From: Mizuhopecten yessoensis
Taxonomy: Eukaryota
Assembly: GCF_002113885.1 (NCBI RefSeq)
Contig: NW_018404123.1
Coordinates: forward strand, 307,716-371,715
Direction of reading: 5' to 3'
Length of the DNA: 64,000 nucleotides
In this document: positions 14,301 to 26,300 of the stretch, piece after piece
Position numbering within the stretch: the first letter of the stretch is position 1
Layout: the number at the start of each line of letters is the position of its first letter
Position numbers and translations under genes: made by a program
Notes under the pieces: generated by a model
What the model saw: the letters and a program-made list of their open reading frames with translations, nothing else
What the model was told of the DNA's origin: nothing
Database searches by the model: none

Positions 14301-17300
14301 GTTGTAGCACTGTTATAACAGTCAACTTTCACTGGTGTAGTGTTTGCATGTCTAGTTACATAAGTAAAGTGTGAGTATGTTTCTTTCAAAAATGTTTAAG
14401 TGATGTAAACGGTATGTAACATCACCAAAATCATCGTAACCTTCCTTTTTTCTTAGATACCATAACATTATCAGTGACATAAAGGGGTTCCTCCAACTCT
14501 CACTGGTGTAGCGCTATAATAACAGTCAACTTTCACTGTTGTAGCACTATAATAACAGTTAACTTTCACTGGCGTAGCGCTATAATAACAGTCAACTTAC
14601 ACTACATAAAGTGGTTCCTCCAACTCTCCCTGGTGTAGCGCTATAATAACAGTCATCTTTCACTGGCGTAGCGCTATAATAACAGTCAACTTACACTACA
14701 TAAAGTGGTTCCTCCAACTCTCACTGGTGTAGCACTATAATAACAGTCAACTCTCACTGTTGTAGCACGTAGCGCTATAATAACAGTCAACTTTCACTGT
14801 TGTAGCACTATAATAACAGTCAACTTTCACTGGCGTAGCGCTATAATAACAGTCAACTCTCACTGTTGTAGCACTATTATAACAGTCAACTTTCACTGGT
14901 GTAGCACTATAATAACAGTCAACTCTCACTGGAATAGCGCTATGATAGCAGTCAACTCTCACTGGTGTAGCGCTATAATAACAGTCAACTCTCACTGATG
15001 TAGCACTATAATACTCACTGGTGTAGCGCTATAATAACAGTCAACTCTCACTGTTGTAGCACTATAATAACAGTCAACTCTCACTGTTCCAGCACTATAA
15101 TAACAGTCAACTTTCACTGGGGTAGCACTATAATAACAGTCAACTCTCACTGTTCCAGCACTATAATAACAGTCAACTTTCACTGGAGTAGCACTATAAT
15201 AACAGTCAACTTTCACTGGCGTAGCGCTATAATAACAGTCAACTTTCACTGGGGTAGCACTATAATAACAGTCAACTTTCACTGGCGTAGCGCTATAATA
15301 ACAGTCAACTCTCACTGATGTAGCACTATAATACTCACTGGTGGAGCGCTATAATAACAGTCAACTCTCACTGATGTAGCACTATAATACTCACTGGTGG
15401 AGCGCTATAATAACAGTCAACTCTCACTGATGTAGCACTATACTACTCACTGGTGTAGCGCTATAATAACAGTCAACTTTTACTGGTGTAGCGCTATAAT
15501 AACAGTCAACTCTCACTGATGTAGCACTATAATACTCACTGGCGTAGCGCTATAATAACAGTCAACTCTCACTGATGTAGCACTATAATACTCACTCGTG
15601 TAGCGCTATAATAACAGTCAACTCTCACTGATGTAGCACTATAATACTCACTGGTGGAGCGCTATAATAACAGTCAACTCTCACTGTTGTAGCACGTAGC
15701 GCTATAATAACAGTCAACTCTCACTGTTGTAGCACGTAGCGCTATAATAACAGTCAACTCTCACTGGCTGATGTAGCACTATAATACTCACTGGTGGAGC
15801 GCTATAATAACAGTCAACTCTCACTGTTGTAGCACGTAGCGCTATAATAACAGTCAACTGTCACTGATGTAGCACTATAATACTCACTGGTGGAGCGCTA
15901 TAATAACAGTCAACTCTCACTGGTGTAGCACTATAATAACAGACAACTTTCACTGTTGTAGCACTATCATAACAGTCAACTCTCACTGTTGTAGCACGTA
16001 GCGCTATAATAACAGTCAACTGTCACTGGTGTAGCGCTATAATAACAGTCAACTGTCACTGGTGTAGCGCTATAATAACAGTCAACTGTCACTGGTGTAG
16101 CGCTATAATAACAGTCAACTGTCACTGATGTAGCACTATAATACTCACTGGTGGAGCGCTATAATAACAGTCAACTCTCACTGATGTAGCACTATAATAC
16201 TCACTCGTGTAGCGCTATAATAACAGTCAACTCTCACTGATGTAGCACGATAATCCTCACTGGTGTAGCGCTATAATAACAGTCAACTTTCTCTGGTGTA
16301 GCACTATAATAACAGTCATCTCTCACTGGAATAGCGCTATGATAGCAGTCAACTATCACTGGTGTAGCGCTATAATAACAGTCAACTTTTACTGGTGTAG
16401 CGCTATAATAACAGTCAACTTTCACTGTTGTGGCACTATAATAACAGTCAACTCTCACTGTTGTAGCACGTAGCGCTATAATAACAGTCAACTGTCACTG
16501 ATGTAGCACTATAATACTCACTGGTGGAGCGCTATAATAACAGTCAACTCTCACTGATGTAGCACTATACTACTCACTGGTGTAGCGCTATAATAACAGT
16601 CAACTTTTACTGGTGTAGCGCTATAATAACAGTCAACTTTTACTGGTGTAGCGCTATAATAACAGTCAACTTTTACTGGTGTAGCGCTATAATAACAGTC
16701 AACTTTCACTGTTGTAGCACTATGATAACAGTCAACTCTCACTGTTGTAGCGCTATAATAACAGACAACTTTCACTGTTGTAGCACTATCATAACAGTCA
16801 ACTCTCACTGTTGTAGCACGTAGCGCTATAATAACAGTCAACTGTCACTGGTGTAGCGCTATAATAACAGTCAACTTTCTCTGGTGTAGCACTATAATAA
16901 CAGTCATCTCTCACTGGAATAGCGCTATGATAGCAGTCAACTATCACTGGTGTAGCGCTATAATAACAGTCAACTCTCACTGTTGTAGCACGTAGCGCTA
17001 TAATAACAGTCAACTTTCACTGTTGTGGCACTATAATAACAGTCAACTCTCACTGTTGTAGCACTATAATAACAGTCCACTTGGTGTTAATTTTGTTAAT
17101 TATCCTGAACCACTCCTAATATTATACTGTATCCCCTTCCAGGTCGGACGAGTTCATGTTGAAATCACCATGCTTGGGGAGGTTGGAACGTGTCCGTATC
17201 GGACATGACAACTCTGGATTTGGTCCCGGCTGGTTCTTGGACAAGGTAGGCATTGCTGTGCTGAACATCTCAGGACCACGGATGTCTGACCAAGACTCCT

Positions 17301-20300
17301 ACCTAGTTACACTGTTAACACTTTGTCCATGTACAGGAGTTTTAATTTGAGTTGATAAGTTGCAGTAGATTTATGCATGAGGATTTACTGAGTCCTAAAC
17401 ATTTACAATTAATTAAGGATGTCAAAAGAATTTGATAATTCACTGTCAAGAAAGGGGTATTTATTATACAGTCCAGAAATACCTACAACTTGCTTTAGGT
17501 TAATTTAGTGCAAATTGACCACGCAGTGACCTTTCAAGACAGCTGTATCACACATAGGCTTAGCTGTCCATGGCTGCTTTCTTTTATTGCGATTCAAACG
17601 GTTGAACCGATTGGACCAGAGTTGTTCGTTTTATGAAATAAGGTCGGACCTAGTAATCTGATGCTGCTTTCAGGCGAGCCTTGACAAGGCCTTGCAGGGC
17701 CTGCATAAACTTTTAACAGGTCTGCCAAGATTTTTACCCGATCATGTTACATTTAAAAACAGAAAAACCCATTGTTCCCCATAAACGAACAGGCTCCTTA
17801 TCTGTGGTACCAAAATTCAGCCCAATTTCTAATGAGATTAAGACAGTTTTTAATTTTAATATGATAACGAAAATCTGAAAACAGGTTTTTATTTTTAGAT
17901 TTTTAGATTTTGCCTCTAGCAGATAAGAACTCCATTTTAAGAGATGTCCTAATATACTTATATATTAACAACATGGATTTCAGAAAATCCTATATTCTTA
18001 AAAAAACTGTATAAAGAAAAAAAGAGAAAAGAAGTTTTATTGGCTGTTTGAAAATACAGATCTTCGAGCGAGAAATAACAGAACAAGAAAAATATACTGT
18101 GTGTTAATATATTGGCCAATCAGTGTTTGGTTGCTTCATCAGATTTCCAGCACAGACATAGCAGAGTTCAGGTACCATTTTTGAGAGAATTGTTTTTGGG
18201 ATAAAAGTCGTTCAGAACAACCAATAAAAGTGTCGGGGGGGGGGGGGGGGGGGGGGAAGTGATCATCAGATGTTATCATTTTTAACAGCTCTTTAATTGG
18301 TTGAAATCAGAATGATATCACGGTAATCGTAAGGTTTCAGTGTTGATTACTGTTACATAAAGCAGTTACGTAAGAAATGAGGTAAATCGTGTAGATAAAA
18401 TGTAGCCAGTGTTACAGTAGATAAGTCTCTGACAGTAACACTATGTACAAATTATGTCGGGGCTCATTAATAGGCTTGGCACGTTTTGTATAAAAATCAG
18501 TTTGTTTATGCTAATTGTTGGCTTAGTTCCAAATTTTTTAATATGGTAATGACATAACATACATGTTACTGTGAACACAAAGTTTATTAAAGATAATAAT
18601 CAAGTTTTTGTAGGTTCCATGTATTTCACATTTTTGAAAATATCTCTGAAAATACACTTGAAAAATATCAAAAGCTCAAGTACAAATGAAGTGGAGCTTC
18701 GTTAATCCTTCCACCACTAGCCTGGTTGTCCCACTGTCCAGATAGGGAATTGGGGACACATAACCATTCTTCCGGAGAAATGCAGCCATTACACGAATCA
18801 GTCTCTAGCTGGATTAACAATCTGAACTGTACACATTTATATCTAAACATAAACATTTGCATTGCTATTGCCACATGGTGCCAATATGTAATATACATTA
18901 TATTATATACATTCAATATCTCCTCCAAGTAAAAAAATACTTAAGTACACATTCAATAATTCCTGTAAGTTATACACTATGCAACACATTCAGTAACCAG
19001 CTTAATTTGATTTGCCATATAATGCCCCTTGTCCATTCCGTCACACTGCCCTTACAAATTTTAATACTATTTGATTTAATTTACCATACAATGCCCCTTG
19101 TCCATTCCGTCACACTGTCCTTACAAACTAAATCTCTCTTACACACAACTTGCAAACTCACTTCTTCATTGCTGATGAATAGGTCAGACTGGGTTTGATT
19201 ATAGTCAAGTAGATAAAATATAGACACCAAGGGAGACAACCATCAGTAAAAAAGGGATTGGAATATACAACAGATTACTGCATACCAGGAAATGTCCACC
19301 GAGTCATGTATTCCCCTTCACCCGTAAAGACCATATTCACCCTGTGTTAATTTTAACCTTCACATGTAACTTACCAACAGCATGTTGTGTACTGATACAG
19401 TCACAATAAAACCACTCTCTTAGGGAGGGCAAAAATGGTGAAAGTAAAACTGCAGTAAACATTTCCTAGTATAGAGCAATTGTTTAAAAGTGACCCCAGG
19501 TCTAGTACATGTAGTGGTAGTATAAAAGTGACCCCAGGTCTAGTACATGTAGTGGAAGTATAAAAGTGCCCCCAGGTCTAGTATATGTAGTGGTAGTATA
19601 AAAGTGACCCCAGGTCTAGTACATGTAGTGGAAGTTTAAAAGTGACCCCAGGTCTGGTACATGTAGTGGTAGTATCCAAGTTACCCCTGGTCTAGTACAT
19701 GTAGTGGAAGGATTACAGTGACCCCAGGTCTAGTACGTGTAGTGGTAGTATAAAAGGGACCCCAGGTCTAGTTCATGTAGTGGTAGTATAAAAGTGGCCC
19801 CAGGTCTAGTACACGTAGTGGTAGTATAAAAGTCCCCCCAGGTCTAGTACATGTAATGGTAGTATAAAAGTGACCCCCGGTCTAGTACATGTAGTGGAAT
19901 TATAAAAGTGACCCCAGGGCTAGTACATGTAGTGGAAGTTTAAAAGTGACCCCAGGTCTAATACATGTAGTGGAAGTATAAAAGTGACCCCAAGTCTAGT
20001 ACATGTAGTGGTAGAATAAAAGTGACCCCAGGTCTGGTACATGTAGTGGTAGTATCCAAGTTACCCCTGGTCTAGTACATGTAGTGGAAGGATTACAGTG
20101 ACCCCAGGTCTAGTACGTGTAGTGGTAGTATAAAAGGCACCCCAGGTCTAGTACATGTAATGGTAGTATAAAAGTGACCCCCGGTCTAGTACATGTAGTG
20201 GAAGGATTACAGTGACCCCAGGTCTAGTATACGTAGTGGTAGTATAAAAGTGACCCCCGGTCTAGTACATGTAGTGGAAGTTTAAAAGTGACCCCAGGTC

Positions 20301-23300
20301 TAGCACATGTAGTGGTAGTATAAACGTGACTCCAGGTCTAGTACATGTAGGGGTAGTATAAAAGTGACCCCGGGTCTAGTACATGTAGTGGAATTATAAA
20401 AGTGACCCCAGGGCTAGTACATGTAGTGGAAGTTTAAAAGTGACCCCAGGTCTAATACATGTAGTGGAAGTATAAAAGGGCCCCCAGGTCTAGTATATGT
20501 AGTGGTCGTATAAAAGTGACCCCAGGGCTAGTACATGTAGTGGAAGTTTAAAAGTGACCCCAGGTCTAGTATATGTAGTGGTAGTATAAAATTGACTCCA
20601 CGTCTAATACATGTAGTGGTAGTATATAAGTGACCCCAGGTCTAGTACGTGTAGTGGTAGTATAAAAGTGGCCCCAGGTCTAGTACACGTAGTGGTAGTA
20701 TAAAAGTTACCCCAGGTCTAGTACATGTCGTGGTAGTATAAAAGTGACACCAGGTCTAGTACATGTAGCGGTAGTATAAAAGTCACCCCAGGTCTAGTAC
20801 ATGTAGTGGTAGTATTGGTGATCAACATCATACAAAAGGCTCTGACATTAGTAACAAGGTGTTATAAAGACAAAGAAAATAGTTGTACATATGAATTATT
20901 ATTGTACATATCGCTATGTGTACGTCCCATGGAGTGATAAGATGTTCGTATGCTCGTCTCTGATAAAAGGCCTTAGTTTAGTGGCAAGTTCCTACAAAGT
21001 GACAATGTGTTTTCATGTAGTGTAAATCATCTTACCCTCTCATCCCTGTAGACTAAGCAGTGCCGAGTGTGTTTATCTAAGCTCCATCTGGTGGTGCACA
21101 TATAGCCACCAGGTGGAGCCTCTGTATTTTCAAGATGTTGACTGAGGAGAGGTATTCCTGCTGGGTCATTGTGACTATATTAATGAATTCAAGGTCATAT
21201 GAACAAAGCTGAACTGTACTAAAATCATTATTGATTTCAGAAAATATATATAGATACAGCAGAATGTTTATTTTTAATAAAAGACATATTTCAAACAGTA
21301 ATGTCTTCAGAAGTATATGCCTGTAGACAGATTAGTCTCCGTCACTAACCGTCCAATCTTCACTAAAGCCACTGGAGTTTTTGTTATTGTTTTATTGCCT
21401 TATACAGATATTTCCATATCAATCACATAAAAGAAATTTATAACAATAAAAATGTCAGTTTATGAAAACTCAGCAACACAACTTTAAAAAATATGATCTT
21501 GAATAATAATCTCTTATCTCTATGACATTCCTACCAGATCATATCATCTCTGTACATTATATAGACAACAAGGTAAGGGTCCATATACTGTGGACATAAT
21601 ATTAATATTGTATTACATTGTAATTTGCAATGAAGATTTAAGAAATTTGGTGATTTTTCTCATTAATATTTAACACATTTAAACAATAAATACACATTTT
21701 ATGAGTAATTGTTCATTTTCTCAAATTTCAATCCTTGTAAATAAGTTGTTGAACAGTTAAAAACACATTGTCAGTTTGGAAAATAAATGTTTGTCAAACA
21801 ATGATTTACAAATATCAATCTCTCCTTATCAGAAAACAAAGATAAAACAATCAATCGAACCATACAATCACAATATTTTTTTATATGAATATTTAAAAAT
21901 AAGTCAAATATGGAAACAGTGCAAAATATTCTATTCTAATATATTTTTACAATGACAGCCATTTACAAATATCCTCAGTGTCTCTATTCAGGCAACAGTT
22001 CTCAACCTTAACATTCCAGCAGGCCAAGTTCACGACCTCTACTCATTCTCCACTTCCTCAACACATCTAGAGTTATCTCCCCATAGTTTATTCATCTGTC
22101 TACACCAAACTGTACAGCTCATTAGATTGTTTGTGTCACAGAGTGATAGCCCCTCTGTGTAAACAATGAGTTATTTTTATGATACACAGATGTTTTACCA
22201 CAGTTTGAAGGCCTCTTTGTGTCAACAACAAGTGATTTTTATGACACACAGGTACTCTACCACAGAGTTATCTACTCCTGTTTAGAGTTTTTTTCCCTTG
22301 TATCACAGAGGCAACATATTTCTTCATCACATTGTTATCTTCTCCTGTAAGGGGAAAATTATATCCACTTTCTTTTGTAAGACAGAGTTATCTCCTCCTG
22401 TACAGGACAACTTCTATACACTTTACCTTCCAGAGTTCTCTCCTCTTGTATGGGAAAAGTTGTATTTTGTTTGCTTTCCATAAGTTATCTCCTTTTGTAT
22501 GGAAAGCATCGTCATCCTCGTTTTTTTCTTGTTGGTATGACAGACTAATTCTCCTGGATAGAGATCCTACTCTGTCACAGTGGGGTCAGATGACGTTGTG
22601 GCTCAGGGTATTTTGACCCCACACTCATACTCGCCCTGTCACAGTGGGGTCAGATGTAGTTGTAGCTCAGGGTATTTTGACCCCACACTCATACCATCTT
22701 GTTACTGGAGTCAAGATGGGGGATATATTTGCAATGCGGGGCTCCTGACCCCACTCTGCTCGCACATATGCTGTGAAAAGGAAATGTTCAGCTTTAAAAC
22801 ATGTCTTGCATTGTTTAAACATGTCTTGCATTGAAGATATTCCATCCTCGATCTCCAGGGGAACTACACTCACTTTTGCTCTCTGCACCCCTGGAATATG
22901 TCATAGCAAAATTGAAGGCTCTGTGTGCACCACCATGTTGATGAGACAAGAAGGCTAGTTTGATCCTTTGATATACATCAAAAGAATCTCACGGTCACGT
23001 AACAGTAAAAATTGACAGGCTTTGAAGTCGGGCATCTCTCCTTTGTAATCTTTAAAGGACAGGTATCAGCCTAGCGGTTGGTCAGTTATTTTTACCCCAG
23101 ACCAATCAAACAGCTATCTTAGTGACTTCAATTTTGCTATGACATATTCCAGGGGTGTAGAGAGCGAAAGTGGGTGTAACCCCTGGATATCGAGGATGGA
23201 GATATCATGGACACCAACTTAACTATGGTACATCTTGCCTTCTACGACCCCATTTTGAATTCTCCTCCCCCATCTTCTTTCTCCTCCCTCCTGCCACTGA

Positions 23301-26300
23301 ATTACATCAGTATATTAACAATTAAATGAATTATAAAGTGAGGCGTGAGAAGGACCCTGCTTATGACTCGAAGATGGACTGTTGTTGTCTACCTTGAGTT
23401 TTAAAGGATATATTAGAGTCTGTAAGAAAACAAAAACGATCTTACTCCTTATCAAATAATTGGGCTCCGTTTTCTGACCACTTGCCAACATATAGCCTTG
23501 AAGCTTTATAGAATGATATGTAAATTGTATTAATGTGAAACATAGCTAGCACCTGTTTATCGTTATAAACCTTCTACTTGTTTACTTTGTACCCCCTGTC
23601 TAAAACTAAACGTTAAATCTCGTCTTGTACATAGGACCACCTGTCGATCACTGATAGATTGAGAATTTACCAAGTTTTGTTTATTATAAAAACCTGCCTC
23701 CAAAGACATATTGGTTATTAAGATTCATTTTGGTTTTAACTGTGAGCAATTTATATGTTTCAATATATATTGATTAATGAGTCTTATGAGTTAACGCTAT
23801 GATACTCGAAAAGCGGAACGTTTTCTCGTGTGGAAGTGTTCTCTTTGCGACTCGTTAAACTGATGGTGGAGTGGAAACTTTTCGCAACGGAATTGATTCT
23901 GAAATTTATATATTCTACATAATTATCTAAATAGAAATGTTGGTAGGTGCTAATTTACTGTACTTAATTATAATTAGTAGTTTTGGTGCTAAATCACGTG
24001 TGAAAGATTAAAATCTATGTTACTGCATGGTGTCGTCTTTATCAGATAGGAACACGTGTACTGTGTGTAGGTAACGGAAACAAACGGGTTTTCTGTTGAT
24101 ATATATCTCGGAACTGATTGGTGTACAAACAACCACACAGGTTTGTCAGAACATCATACTTCTCACCGACAGCGCACCAACTTACAATTCAGGTGTTAAT
24201 CTGGGGTTAGGTAATAGAATGGGGGTTAGATGTGTGTGAATGTTTGGTTGTTTAGGAGCTAGTTGAAGGGGGGGGGGGGCAGTTTGACAAGTGTGAATTC
24301 TGACGGGTATAGTTTGGGGAGGGGGCTGAGGGTTAGACGTGTGTTTTACGCCATAGTCATGTTAGTATTAGGGACTGATATAACCAGGTCATATAATAAC
24401 CCGTAAATGTATCCTCATCTCTCGTTTGACTTACCAGGTATTTCATAACCATACTTTAATGTCACTTACACAAATACAGAATACAATGTTTTTCCAGACA
24501 GTTCTGTTCATTACAAAAATAGATTTGGAACAGCATTTTCTAGATTTAGGTTCCTGCATGTATGTAAGTAATATAAATGAGTCTAATTGATAAATAAGCT
24601 CTACATTAAACTTTACTACATTTGAACAAAACAGTTTTCATTTTGAGTCCTTTGACATAAATGATATTCAGGTGTCCTTACCTTTTTGTGAAGGGAAAAA
24701 CGAAAAATCTATTTCCACCGAACCATCTGCTTCACTTGACCCGCCCACAAACTCACAGTGGTCCTGACCATAGCCATGCTCATCTGCAATGTCTAGGAAG
24801 TCCTCATCCAGCGAATTTCCCAGTAAAATCTTGTATCTGTCTTCAGAACACAAAATCACGCCTACGAATCTTGCAATTGTCCCGCTACAGACGCTGTTCT
24901 GGCGGACATACTGGAGCTTGTTGCAGCTGTTCTTGATGCTGTTGTAGGTGAAGTTGTATTCCATCCAGTCTCCCGACTCCAGCTTCTTTTGGATGTACAA
25001 GTACTTCATTGTCTGTCCGTTTTTGGAGACTTTTTGTGCCATTGTTGCTTGCTTGACACCAATAATCTGAACACTGCGACTCAGATTTGTTATAACTGAA
25101 AACTTAGATTGGATACGAAGAAGATTTTGCTGAAGAGACCGGAACTTGGTTCCGATTTCCCGATCATTTTGTGCCATGGTGTCTTTGATGCGATCAAGTT
25201 TTACATCAAAAGCATTTTGCTTAAAGTCAAAGCCGCCAAAATCAGCCTCAAGGTCATTCAGCCGCATTTCCATGTCCGAGTTTTGGTTGCGTGACTTGTT
25301 GAGATGTTTGAGCTGAGACTGAACTGTGTCAATGCTCTGTTGCAGATTTGCTTGCATGTTCTGACTCTCGTTGCGATAACTCTGTAGTGTCTGCTTGAAT
25401 ATATTGAGGTAACTACTTGACATATTGTTGTTCCTCTCTTGAATAGTCATTCTTTGCTGCAGAGCTGTCATGGATGACTCAAGTCGCTCCTTCAGGTTTA
25501 CTTGAATGTGTGTCTTCAGAATGTCAAGCTCATTCTGTAAGTGTGATGCTCGCTGAAGCGTATTTTGAGGTCCATCAACCCGTCTGCTGAGAGATTCAAG
25601 ACCTGCCTTCAATTCAGACACCTGTTGTGTGACTAGGAGACTGTCCAACAGAGAGGATGTCCGGTCATTTCTAGAAATTGCTGTCAGATTATTTTTCAGT
25701 TCCAAAAAGTTTATTTCAAGTTCTGAAATTTTGGCGGTAAAGTTGCATTGAGAGCAAATTGTTGTTTCTGTGTCCTGAACCACAGTTGCTATGGTAACCT
25801 CCTCCTGTTGTTGTTGTATAGCTGCTTTAACAGTACGTTGTATTATGACCTTGAGTTGTTGTGATATTTCATTTGTTAGCTGGTCTTTTTCCTTGACTGA
25901 CAAATCGGACTGTGATATGTCCTGAGTTGTGTTACTTGATGAAGTGCCCCAGGACAATGAGTTGCTTGAAGATTCATTCTCTGCTGATGTATTGTCTGTT
26001 GAGACTTTCAGGATCTCTGACAGATCAATGCCAGCTGATGTGTTTCCTAGCTCTTGTTCATCCAACACCCTGGAGGAATTGGTGTCCACTGTTATATTGG
26101 ATTGACCCTCCTTCTCCAGCGCTGTTTCACCTTCTCCTAATTGGTCAATTGCCTTGTCATGGCTGCTAGTTAATTTTTGGAGTGATCTAGCAAGTTGGTT
26201 GATATTTACTGATTCCACCTCCAATAATTCATCACTTTCTTGATCTTTATTCCTAAAAATAGAGTTATCGCCCTTCAATGCTAAATCCTTCAATGAGGAA

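Noticed and set aside
14747-17013. Minus-strand [11 protein letters not shown]-repeat ORFs resembling a Tyr/Cys-rich structural protein
   Set aside because: Products of the 30-bp minisatellite, repeatedly broken by 22- and 37-bp units; no signal peptide or true start.
24668-24681. ORF-track ends of the 747-aa ORF (C-terminal GKDT*, start at 26911)
   Set aside because: The tail reads through a GTAAGG donor and truncates the conserved domain. The first ATG, with a signal peptide, is at 26872.
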